A stretch of 64,000 nucleotides of DNA from Octopus vulgaris (Eukaryota). The stretch's first letter is position 1; each line of letters begins with the position of its first letter. The notes beneath the pieces were generated by a model. That model had not been told where the DNA came from and made no database searches. It was given only the letters and a program-made list of their open reading frames with translations. The position numbers and the translations under genes are program-made. Positions 26,700 through 39,663 of this stretch are shown in pieces. The DNA is taken from the NCBI GenBank assembly GCA_951406725.2, contig OX597832.1:29574001-29638000 (forward strand), written 5' to 3'.

Positions 26700-27445
26700 C
26701 ATAAACCATAATTTGGCTCGTCTTTTGTGATTTTGTCAATAATCATTATCTTGTCTGTAACAAGATGATATTTTCTTCCTGTTGTTTTATACTTGCAGCC
26801 TTTTTGCTCTAATGAGAAGATGAGTTTCTTCATTATGTGATGCTATGGTTTTTTTTTCAGACAACATTCCGGTCAGAAGCTTATGAAGCAGGTTTAAGCC
26901 GGCGACAGGTCTGTAATTCTCAGTTACAGAACCTTTAATAACGTTCTTTACATTAAGAGTGATCTTTCCCTCAAACATCCAGCTCAGTGCCTCTCTCAGT
27001 GAAACACATTCAGTAAGATGATCACCGATGGTCTTATGTACCAAGATTAAAATACTGAATCCAGTTACCCTGGATATCGTCTGGGCCTAGAAACTTCCAA
27101 TTTAGTAACCTTTTAAAACATTTACTGATAAGATCCTGTTTGGTTTCTCGTTGAAGTTGTCTCGGAATATTATCAATTCACTCGGTAGATCACAGATGTT
27201 TCCACGCAAATCGCCCCCAGAAGGTTGTAACTTCCTTTAGTCAATCCATGCCATACTCAGGTTCTTCATGTTGCTCCAGCAATTCTCTGCAATCATTTTA
27301 TTTATGAGTAATTGATCTTTGCATCCATAAGAATTCCTTTTACAACCCTTTTGAGATTGTGGAAGGATAGATCTCTGTTCAAGGAAAGCGTATATTCTGT
27401 CGGTTAATATGGACGTGAGGATCTTGTAGGTGGTACATGGTAAAT
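26700..27445 (-). mobile_element. Two Dong/R4-like RT N-terminal fragments
   Basis: ENYRPVAGLNLLHKLLTG (26787..27044) and TYKILTSIL...QKGCKRNSYGCKDQLLINK...NLSMAWID (27237..27440). Confidence 0.8.
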
Positions 27446-28055
27446 GTTTAACATGGATCGTCACGAGGTTCACAGTTCTACGAATAAACAATGTTATTCT
27501 AAGATGAAAAGTGGATTTTCTGAAGTGGAATAATAAGGACGACCTATTGTTTAAGGATAACGAAATCGAGCGGTATTTTAAGAGATATTTCAAAGACGGG
27601 ATATTGATGGAGATCCCAGGATTGGCTTATCACACCATAAAACAGATAATTCTAGTTAATCTCAAAAGCTTTTGGTCCCAATCAATGTAAAAAAATGTTC
27701 AAAGGCTTCTGTTGGTGCATCAGTTTCCAATACAAGTGCCTAGCAGGATGAGTCGAACTGAGGTTCTGGCCCAACCTAGTTACCATTTTCTCACTCGTTT
27801 GGAGATCAGTTGACCAGTTCGCTTTCTTGCATCCTTAAATTACATTGTTTTAAAATTACATCCGTGTTTTACATAATCATCCAATTATTTTTGCCTAATT
27901 TAAAATGTTTCATACATTTTAATGAATTGTGTAACATTTCTGACCACTAAACATTCGCTTTTTGACAACTCCTTTTGTTTATCTCCTCGGCTTTTGTAAT
28001 ACATTTGTACGTATTCGGATTGCATGAATGAATGAGCCCTAATAGCAAATAAGAA

Positions 28056-28112
<57 letters not shown>

Positions 28113-28310
28113 CATCATTATTATTATTATTATTCTCTTCCGTTAAAAAGTACAAATATTTGCTTATAAATGCTTTACCTTCATTTTTAGCTTACTCCCC
28201 TGATAAAATAATCTTACAAGAATTTTCCTAAGTCTTCAAATAAAATAGTTTAAAAAACAAACCGAATGGAATTTAAAAACTCAAATAGATCGAGAGAAAA
28301 AAAAAACGAA

Positions 28311-28374
<64 letters not shown>

Positions 28375-29695
28375 AAGAGAAAAGAGAAAAGGAGAGGAAG
28401 CAAGTGATAGGCAGCGAGAAGAAAAGAGCAAGAGAGTGAAGAGTGACAAAGGTATTTTAACAAGAAAAGGATAATATCTTACCTCTGATACTATAAAAAC
28501 CTTTAATTATGTTTTAGTTTACTGTAAAGATAGCTAACAGATAAACGTTGCCCCAGGCGCTTTTCAGATTCAACGTCAGACAGAGGGCGCTCTTTTTTTC
28601 TCTCAATTGGCTTCACACATCTCTTTCCCAAACTTTTCAAAGGCTTCATTTAGGTGAAAACTTTTTTGTATTTTTGTTATTTTGGTATTTACTTTTGAAC
28701 AAATGAATGAACTACATCCACCAGTTGTTTACGGAAATCATCTAACGATCCCTCTCTTGGTTTATTCACCAATCTGCTTGGATTAACCGTGTGTATTCAC
28801 CACAATTCTGGGACCAGGTGCGTATCAAATTTTAGGTAGAGGATGAAAAGACGAAGTTAAGGTGAACAAGACGGTACATGTTGCTTATATCTCTCTTCCA
28901 TCTTCTTGTGTAGTCTACGAATTGGTCATTCCAATGACAACGGCGTGCAATTTATAAACCCAAAGGAGACTTACTTCGGAATATTCTCTGATTTCCCAAA
29001 CATTCCGGTTTATTGTTTGATGGAAGGGAAGACAAAAGAATCTAAAAAATATGTCAGAAAAACTGGGAGAAATTTGAGTGCAAAAAAGAAAATCAAAGAA
29101 AACCATTTTTATTTGTTATTAAGAAAGATATTTCATTAATTGCTGTAATGACAAAATTATGGAATGGTCATTAAACCTCGTGTTTCCAAGAGGAGATATT
29201 TAAAGGAAAGGCAGAAAGTGCCGCGATTTTTATTTCTACATTGTCTTGTACATACTTACCTATCCATCGATTTTGTTTTATATAACTACCAATTAATAAG
29301 GTAGATATATATGTATACAGTGTTTGCTCATGGTTGGCGGTGGGTTTATGCGAACCCACGAGGAATAGAGAGGCGTCCTCTCGTATTTTATCTAATCAAG
29401 AGATGTTGTTTGTGAAATATTTCCTGGATAATTTACAATATGGAAGACTGTCACAGTTTCCAACACTGTAGGAGTTTTACAACCGGATAAAGGTAGGTAC
29501 GTGGTGTGGAACCGTGGGTGTATGTGCACGGGTGGGAGTGTGCGTGTGGTTGTGTGAGTGTGTGTGTGTATGTGTGCGTGTATATAAACGTATGTATGCA
29601 TCTGGGCACGCATGTAGTGTGTAAACGTGTATGTATGTATGTCTCTCTCTCGCTCTCTGTCTGTCTATCTGTTTGTCTGTCTCTGTCTGTCTGTC

Positions 29696-29728
<33 letters not shown>

Positions 29729-29739
29729 GTCTGTCTGTC

Positions 29740-29815
<76 letters not shown>

Positions 29816-30082
29816 CACACATACATGCACACACACACACATATACAATGAAGATCCAGTCAACTTAATGTTCACAATAAATTGGACGCTACTGTCTGTA
29901 TAAGTATATATATATATATATATACACACACATACACATACATATATATATTATATATATATACCTACTGAATTTAAATTTACCTTATATATATATATAT
30001 ATATATACAAATACATATATACGTACACATATGTGTACATGTGTGTGTATCCGCATGTAACTTTCAATTGCTGTGTAAAATC

Positions 30083-30121
<39 letters not shown>

Positions 30122-30959
30122 GCGTGTATGTGTGTGCGTGTGCGTGCGTGTGTGTGTGTGTGTGCATGTGCGTGTGTGTGTGTGCCTATCCCCGATAGCA
30201 AGTGGCCTCTGTGCGTATCTCTGCCACAGTACATCTCCCTCACCCTTTATCTCGTTAGATTAACCTGGATCTTTTTTGCTCTTACATGTTCGTCCACGTG
30301 CGTGCACACACGCACAAAGTATTTCACACCTGCAGAAATATACTCAGATAACCACGTACACTTTTTGTTCTGACGATTGCCGGAGTTGGTCCTCGGCGCT
30401 TGGCATGAAACCATTCGGTAATTTGGCCATTATGAACCTAGAAAACAAATGAAATATCATATAAATAATAAGGGCAACGAATGGACAAAATCGTTAGTAC
30501 ATCGGGCAAGGTCTTGGTGGTATTCCGTCTATCTTTACGTTCTGAGTTCAAATTTCTCCGAGGTCGACTTTGACTATCATCCTTTCGGGGTCAATGAAAT
30601 AAGTACCACTTCAACACTAGGGTTGATGTAACCGACTTATCCCTCCCCTAAAATTGCTGGCCTTGTGCCAAAATTTGAAGCCAATATAATAAATAACAAT
30701 AATATGTACACTTTGTTACCTAATTTGAGGCCCTGTTTTTCCTACTCATGGATTTTGAGACATTTACACTTACACACACAAAATACATATATAGACAGAC
30801 ACACAAACACACAGACACACACACGACACATACACACAAGACATACACATATATATATGTACATACATATATGTATATATATGTATATAATATATATATA
30901 TACATATAAATATATAAAGTGGTTGTATAAAGTCAACAAAACGTGACAGTCCCGTAGAG

Positions 30960-31474
<515 letters not shown>

Positions 31475-31917
31475 GACGGTTTGGATTGAATTACGAAGAC
31501 TATCAGAATGGAAGCAGGCATCTGTTAATGGCGATTCCAAGCCTTCTTTGACACAACAACAACAACAACAACAGCAGCAGCAGCAATGAAGACATAGAAG
31601 TGAACATGGTCATGAGAGGGCTAAGAAGTCAATGCACCACAACGACGTAGTCCCGAGTTCGATCTCTCTACGGAGGATACTTTGGACACGTGGCTTTTAT
31701 TTTTTTATAGCCATGTGTCGTCGAATCCAGGAGTCTGAAAGGAATTTGCTCGACGGAAATTGTGCAGAAGCTCTAGAGTGATACACTTAATGTGCCACCC
31801 TGCTTAACACCTGATGGATGAGGGTATCAGGGTGGGGGGTGGAGCAAACATTCAGATCCGGTTTTATGTATCAGGACAATTTGTTTTTTGTTGGCGCCTT
31901 TTTCCTATGAATGTGTA

Positions 31918-31978
<61 letters not shown>

Positions 31979-32159
31979 ACTATCATTTCGCTTAGGCGTA
32001 GTGATGATAATAACCTGGTGCTAGAACTCAATACATACATATTCTTCAGAAAGAATACATCAGTCGAGGACAGAGCAGCGATAAGAGATTAGATAAAGGA
32101 CAAAAGAAGTAAGAAATTATGTCATCAAGTTCATTATACAATTTCTTAGTTCCTCGTCA

Positions 32160-32268
<109 letters not shown>

Positions 32269-32289
32269 TATATACATACATATATATAT

Positions 32290-32338
<49 letters not shown>

Positions 32339-32384
32339 CACACACATATATATATGTATATATATATGTATATATATATGTACG

Positions 32385-32431
<47 letters not shown>

Positions 32432-32484
32432 ATACGCGAATATATGTGCATAGCTATACATGTATGTATTTATATATATGTTTA

Positions 32485-32516
<32 letters not shown>

Positions 32517-32589
32517 CACATATACACACAAACACACACACACACACACATATATGGATAGATAAGTATGTGTATGTGTGTGAGATATC

Positions 32590-33700
32590 TTCATGCAGCC
32601 ACAATTGAGAGGCACTTTGCAATGCAACACCAGGAACCTGTGTCCCACATAAACGTTGGTATATTCTCATTTTCATGTTGTGTGGCTTTGCCCATAACAT
32701 CAATGTAGTTAAAGGATCTTCGTCCTCAATTAGGGCGAGGAATATTCAGAATGTAGCATCTGATATGGTCTGTTGCTCAGCAGACAAGCAGTGACCAATA
32801 AAGCCTACAATGCATTGAGCGATTTGAGCAAAGAGCAGAGGGGTGGTACGTGACTCTAAATTCCCTTTTTGGTTCTGGTGGTCAGGCTACGAGATGTTTC
32901 GAGCCCTCGTGAGAAGCCTCATGTACATAAAGCCAAGACGATTTTGCAGCCTCTCCTTCGTAATCCAGGCTTCAGCGCCGCAGAAACGAAAGGTCTTTCT
33001 ACACATCCCAAAGAAAAAGGTCTTTGAAATACCTAATTGCTGGATGTTTTGAAGCTTGTTACGGCAGTCCAGACTTTCCCTTTTCGCGCCAGAAAGTCTC
33101 AGGTAAACAACATTGGACCCAAGGTACTTAAAGTCACTGCCCACCTTCAGTTGCGAGTCATCTGTGGAACAAACTGGCCGGAGGTGGCCATCACCTTCTT
33201 TGATTGTCATAAACTCCGTCTTCTTCATATTGAGAAACACAACAAATTCGACTGCAGCCTTCTCGCAAAATGAGAATTAATTAATGAGCTGCGGGCTCAA
33301 GATCATCACTCTGATGATACCGCGATTGCTTTTAAGAGTGAGGTCTTTGTCTTGGATGGAGTCAAGATTTTAGTTAACGATATAGTCGTCTATAGTCATA
33401 AAAAGAAAAAAAATCCTGGTTGTCTTCCTGAAGAACTCCTGCTGTTGCTGGAAACTTTTCAATTGGGCCAAATACGTTTTGCACAAAGCTTGAAGGGTTT
33501 CTGTATATGATGGTGATGTCTTTGACAATATTGCCTGACACAGTTTAACAGGATAACGAACATGGCCTTCCTATTGACACTGTCAAAAACGTTGGAGAAA
33601 TCCACAAATCCAATTAAGGGATTTTGTCTGGAGATTCTGGGTTCTTCTTTCATTCCTCTGAAGGTAAGGATCTGTGGTAGTGTTGACCTGACTTTCCAGA
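32590..33700 (-). mobile_element. Decayed RTE-clade LINE (RT region)
   Basis: FVDFSNVFDSVNRKAM (33459..33653); LNMKKTEFM, DFKYLGS, CGAEAW, YMRLLTRARNIS (32887..33240). Confidence 0.8.
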
Positions 33701-34929
33701 AGCTTTTTTGGTCCCGTCGTAAGATAGGACTAATATGAGGAACAACTCTATCAGGGAACAGAAAGTTGTAAATTTTTTGAAGTGGCTGAGTATTTCGCAG
33801 ACACGTGTATCCTTCCTATAATTCTCAAGCAAAGTCAGCGTTACACAGCGTAGAAACAAGGCCTATCTTTTCCATTCCATTCCGTGTACAATTCGAGTCC
33901 GACGACTCAATTTCACTGACAGGATACGGGGCGACTCGAAGCTATAGAAAATGTCCGTTAGCCAAGGTACCATGCAGTGCTTGCCGAACGATCTGCTTAA
34001 CCATTCGGCCATATTGCGCCTAACACAGGCCCACCACACACACACATGCACACACACACACATACACACACGTTGAAACACACACATACACACACATTCA
34101 AACACACACATCCAAACAAGCACACACACACACATTCAAACACACACATCCAAACACTCACACACACACATTCAAATACACACACATTCAAACACACAAA
34201 CAAACACACACACATCTAAACATACACACATTCAAACACACACACATACATTCAAACACACACGCACATTCAAATGCACACACACACATTCAAACACACA
34301 CACACACACATACAGACACACATTCAAACGCACACACACATTCAAACACACATCATACACACATATATTCAAACATACATCTACACACAAGCGTTAACAT
34401 TTCTAGCACCAGCTTGTTTTTTGTCTAATCCCAGGCCAGACTTGATCCCGCAAAACTATTATTAAAAGCGTTCCAACCGTGCCCGTCCCATTGTTTATTC
34501 AGACAGGTCAATGTTCCTGTTGGCTGGCTGCAAATTAAGAGCGGCGGAAGAAACCTAACGGTGGTGGAGTAGTTCGCTGGTGTAGAGAGGCTGTAAGTAA
34601 TGTGACCTTAATAAACGGTTTGTTTGTGTGTCAACAAACACTACACCTGCCTGTCAAAGGTATTAATTAGTAGACTGTAATGAGGTGCTTTTAATGCGTC
34701 GTATCATGGAGCTGATGTAACGGCAGCTGTGCTGTTGTGATGTCACCCCGAGTACAGGGCCAGGACCGAGATGCAACGGAATAAAGGAAAGCAGAAATTG
34801 TTTTAGAAAGGAACGACGACTTGTGAAACAGAATATAGAATTGAAGGGACAGCGATGATGAGCATCTTTCAATGTGTGTGTTTGTGTGTGTAAGTGTATG
34901 TAAGTGTATGTGTGTGTGTATGTGTGTAT

Positions 34930-35590
34930 GTGTGGGGAGATTGGCTGAATGTGTGTAAGTGTTTGTAAGTGTATGTGTATATGTGTGTGTGTATGTGTAG
35001 GGAGATTGGCTGAATGTGTGTAAGTGTATGTGTATATGTGTGTGTGTGTGTGTGTATGTGTGGGGAGATTGGCTGAAGGTGTGTGTTTGTAAGTGTATGT
35101 GTATATGTGTGTGTGTGTGTGTATGTGTGGGGAGATTGGCTGAATGTGTGTAAGTGTTTGAAAGTGTATGTGTATATGTGTGTGTGTGTATGTGTAGGGA
35201 GATTGGCTGAATGTGTGTAAGTGTTTGTAAGTGTATGTGTATATGTGTGTGTGTGTGTATGTGTGGGGAGATTGGCTGAATGTGTGTAAGTGTTTGTAAG
35301 TGTATGTGTGGGGAGATTGGCTGAATGTGTGTAAGTGTTTGTAAGTGTATGTGTAGGGAGATTGGCTGAATGTGTGTAAGTGTTTGTAAGTGTATGTGTA
35401 TATGTGTGTGTGCATGTGTGGGGAGATTGGCTGAATGTGTGTAAGTGTTTGTAAGTGTATGTAAGTGTATGTGTATATGTGTATATGTGTGTATGTGAAT
35501 GCGTGGGGGTATTGGTTGTATGTGTGTACGTGTGTGTGAGTGTATGTGTGTATGTGTGTGTGTGAGTAAGTGCGGGGGGTTGGCTGTATG
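34930..35590. repeat. Minisatellite (45-70-bp units) with invariant GGAGATTGGCTGAA in a TG-rich matrix
   Basis: GATTGGCTGAA at 34939, 35004, 35067, 35134, 35201, 35270, 35315, 35360 and 35425, plus two degenerate units. Confidence 0.95.
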
Positions 35591-36452
35591 TGTGTAAGTG
35601 TATATGAGTGTATGTGTATATATGTGTGTATATATATACTTTATATATATATTTGATGGCGCGAAACTGTGGAGCTTTTTGGTCGCTGACTGATGAGGGG
35701 TGAGCACGTCCACGTTTTTGTGTGTTTTTCTCCGCACCGAGTCAACATAAAAATATGTTTATCTTACGTAAATGTACAGAAAATGATTATAAAATGCAAT
35801 TGAAATACAAACAAGGACTACCTTCGTTTTTTTTACTAAAATGCTGTAAAACACTTTGCATTGACTAAAACTGAAAACCAAACCATTTCCTGTTCAGCAT
35901 TTCTTTTAACAGATTCTTATTCTTCGCGTTGCTCTTTCCGTTCTACCTGTTCCTCTCGTGCTTTTTCTTTCTTTCTTGCTTTCAGTTTCGTCCGTTCTTC
36001 ATGACTTCCACTCAACTTTGCTCTCTTATTTCACCCATTCTTTGTTGCGCAGGAACATCTTTGCTTCTCGTCTTTAATTGTTCAAAAGACAACGTTGTCT
36101 ACTCGCTGCCTTCTTTGTCCTTGTTTCGTTAATCTTCTTTTCCTTTGAGCACCAATTCCCATGATCGGGAAATCAACGACATAACCCCAACGTCTGCCCG
36201 CGCGTGCAAGAAAGAGAGACAGAGGGAGGGAATGTGGGAGGGAGGGAGGGAGAGTAGGACCATTGTTTGTTATTGGGCTGCTTAGCGAAAATGACTTTTT
36301 AAGTGAGTGGAGGATTTGTAATTTTCATCATAAACATCGATACATGTCTCCTCTCAATTATATGCAATGCAGAATCGTGATATTTGGCATTGTGTAAAGA
36401 AGAACGTCAGAGAACTTCAGTAACAAGTTGAGTCTGAATGCGTGCATGTATG

Positions 36453-36514
<62 letters not shown>

Positions 36515-36530
36515 TCGAAGAATACAGCAT

Positions 36531-36636
36531 CCATTACGGCTGATCTTGCCGATCGGTTTCGCTCTAGGGGTTCAACGGAATGTTAGCTAACAGTCCGATT
36601 ATGTAACCCTACAGTCTTCAGAGATAGCCGCTATGG
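36531..36636 (-). ncRNA. Type I hammerhead motif with extended stem II, probably decayed, adjacent to (TA)n
   Basis: Minus strand: CCATAGCGGCTATCT-CTGAAGA-[long hairpin]-C-GAAA-CCGATCGG-CA-AGATCAGCCGTAATGG; long stem I, palindromic stem III; U16.1>C and G10.1 missing. Confidence 0.7.
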
Positions 36637-36740
36637 AATGAACGTGCATTCAATACAAGCATATATACATGTTCATGCAAGTATATATATGTATGTATGT
36701 ACATATGTATGCACACACACACATACATACACATGCACAC

Positions 36741-37152
36741 GGAATTTGAATTCAGAAAGTAAAGACAGACGAAATACCTATTTTTTTACTACGCACAAGG
36801 GGCAAAACACAGAGAGGACAAACAAGGACAGACAAACGGATTAAGTCGATTATATCGATCCCAGTGCATAACTGGTACTTATTTAATCGACCCCGAAAGG
36901 ATGAAAGGCAAAGTCGACCTCAGCTGAATTTAAACTCAGAACGTAGCGGCAGACGAAATACCTATTTTTTTACTACCCACATGGGGCTAAACACAGAGAG
37001 GACAAACAAGGACAGACAAACGGATTAAGTCGATTATATCGACCCCAGTGCGTAACTGGTACTTAATTTATCGACCCCGAAAGGATGAAAGGCAAAGTCG
37101 ACCTCGGCGGAATTTGAACTCAGAACGTAACGGCAGACGAAATACCGCTAAG
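36741..37152 (-). mobile_element. SINE family A, head-to-tail multimer
   Basis: Junction variants at 36771 and 36955; period 184 bp. Confidence 0.9.
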
Positions 37153-37399
37153 CTCGAATAATAGCTTAGAATAATAACTGAATCAAAGCTGAAACGTTAT
37201 ATGTCTGTTCAGTCAGGGATAACCTGGGGCTAAATGGAAAACAACGGCAGTACTAATTGTTATATAACACAACGACAGTACAACACATGACATAACAATG
37301 CTCTGTAACAGAGATCTTTTTAAAAGACACAAATCTTGCATCACAGAACAAATTAGACATTCAAATGTTAATCTCCAAGAAAAGAAGTCATCACTGGAT

Positions 37400-37545
37400 C
37401 ACTGGATGTCTGGGAATATATTCATGGATTGGATTTATGAACTGTTCGTTGCAGAACTTGATGTGTAACAGTATTTGGGAATGCAATAGCTGAACGGTGG
37501 AGCACTTTCCGTGTAATAACTTTAACGGAATGATGCTTTTAAATG
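37400..37545 (+). mobile_element. Possible pogo/Tigger transposase remnant
   Basis: Reads WMSGNIFMDWIYELFVAEL, resembling the DDE_1 WMT..IF..W....F motif. Confidence 0.4.
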
Positions 37546-37860
37546 GTTATAAATCACTGCAGCAGTAAATATTTTTCGGTGGAAATTGGATGAAATTTTC
37601 AGCAGATAACATCTAAAGTTGAGGTAGCAGCAGCAGCAGCAATAACAGTAACAGCAGCAACTGAAGCTGCAGCCACAGTAACAACGGCAATAAGTACAAC
37701 AAGACTGGATATAGAAATGTTGAAGCTATTCATTATATCAAAACAAAATATAACGATATGGGAGGAAATGTCAGACATATAAATAATAAACATTTCCTTC
37801 ATCGTTGAAACATAATTGATGAACAACAACTATATTGGTTTCAAATATGGGCACAAGCAG

Positions 37861-38070
37861 GGCGGCGAGTTGACAGAGTCGTTTGCACGCAGGGCGAAAT
37901 GGTTAACGGTACTTCGTCAAATTCCGCCGAGGTCGACTTTGCTTTTCATCTTTTCGGGGTCGATTAAATAAGTACAAGTTACGCACTGGGGTCGATGTAA
38001 TCGACTTAATCCCTTTGTCTGTCTTTGTTTGTCCCCTCTGCGTTTAACCCCCTGTGGGCAATAAAGAAAT
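37861..38070 (+). mobile_element. SINE family A monomer
   Basis: Family A head, core and tail with an internal deletion. Confidence 0.8.
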
Positions 38071-39062
38071 GTGTTGGCGACCTTCGTTACTCCATACTCC
38101 GAAAGCCATCAGAGTTGCTGGAAACTTAGTACGCATCATTCATTCAGGGAGCATCAATCGGAAAGATCTGCTCCCAACCATCTGTCATTTCTCTTGCTAG
38201 ACTAATGCACTCGGTCAAAGTTTTTCTTATCAGAGAAGAACCAAAGCATACCACGTTCGTGAATGCTTTTAAGCTTGTTAAGTAACTGCTTGGAACAGAT
38301 CATGTGGTTTTGCAGACATGAGTTGGTTTCTCATCAGTACATACGCCTTGTATCGAATGTTCGCTGATAATCCACTCCGATACCTGAAATTCTTTGACGA
38401 TGGTCCTCATTGATTTTCCAAGATCATCACCGATAATAGCTTGAATCTATTGGACGAATTTTTTGTAGAGGTGTAGTGGGGGTTGGGAGGGTCAGCGAAT
38501 GAAATAATACAGTCACAATCTGTGATGGTGAATGGCTTAGTGGTTAGGCTTTTCGGCAGAAAAGTTAGCACGCCGGGCAAAATGCTTAACGGTATTTTGT
38601 CTGTCTTTACGTTCTGAGTTCAAATTCCGCCGAGGTCGACTTTGCCTTTCATCCTTTCGGGGTCGGTAAATTAAGCACCAGTTGTGTACTGGGGTCGATC
38701 TAATCGACTGGCCCCCGACCAAAAAATTTCGTGCCTTGTGCCTAGAGTAGAAAAGGTTATAGCATCTAATGATGTTCAGAATGTTTTTCTTTTTCTTTTT
38801 GAAACAATTGAAACATTCCCGCCAGAGGCTTCCAACTCCATCCGAACTAGGTGTACAAAAGATCTTGCAGCATTTAGAAATTTGGAAATTTCTAAATCTC
38901 AGTGTTTCGCTCGTATGACAACAAAAATTGCATATCTTTTCATTTCTTGTGTTATCGTTTTATCTGCCATGGGGAATCTGGAAGAAATATAAACCTTTTA
39001 ATTGGTCTGAAGACAGTAAAATCCTGATAACCAAGTGTCCTCAAACACTCTTCGCACCCTGT
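38071..39062 (-). mobile_element. Decayed maT/Bmmar1-like Tc1-mariner transposon (5' part), with SINE insertion at about 38480-38757
   Basis: Minus strand MADKTITQEMKRYAIFV...ARSFVHLVR; LWFFSDKKNFD...RNDRWL...TKFPATLMAFGVWSNEG; terminal CAGGGTG. Confidence 0.75.
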
Positions 39063-39617
39063 TTTTATTGATTTATATTGTGAATCCGAGGGATTTTTCG
39101 AAGGAAGGGTACAAGGTCTGAAGGGAATATAATTCCAGGAGAAAAGGGCGCAATAACATCATTTAGAAAGGTGCACTTGGGTCCGCCCCTGTGAATGTAA
39201 ATCTAACCAGCCTAGTTGGCTTCACGTCCCGTCTTTATCACGTCCTGAGTTCAAATTTCGATGTTTCTTAATCTTATTGAAACACTTTCGTTTTTAGAAT
39301 ATCATTGTTCTTGGAAATAAAACATCAATACCATAAATTCCCGTTTACTTTCTGCCTCAAATAAAGACTCTAGATACAAAGTGATGACGATAAAACAAAC
39401 GGAAACTATATAACACCGGTCTAAAAACCATAACGTCTGGAATTGTGTTTATGTGAAGGTTCTGAGTTCGTGTCACACCATGGTAAAGGTTACTTTTCTT
39501 CTGCTTAGCAGAGAGAAATTAAATACCAGTAATATAATGAGGTATATTCAATTGGAAAATAGGACTCAGGATTTATATTTTACATTCTGTAAGTTCTGCC
39601 ATATGCCATACGGTACC

Positions 39618-39663
<46 letters not shown>

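Noticed and set aside
35657-35712. GAAAC...GTC...CTGATGAG order suggesting a type II hammerhead
   Set aside because: Stems I, II and III cannot form convincingly (5-nt stem I region, about 1-bp stem II).
34663-35737. Longest ORFs (348 aa and 250 aa, His/Thr-rich)
   Set aside because: Translations of the TG-rich minisatellite; open only because the repeat lacks stop codons.
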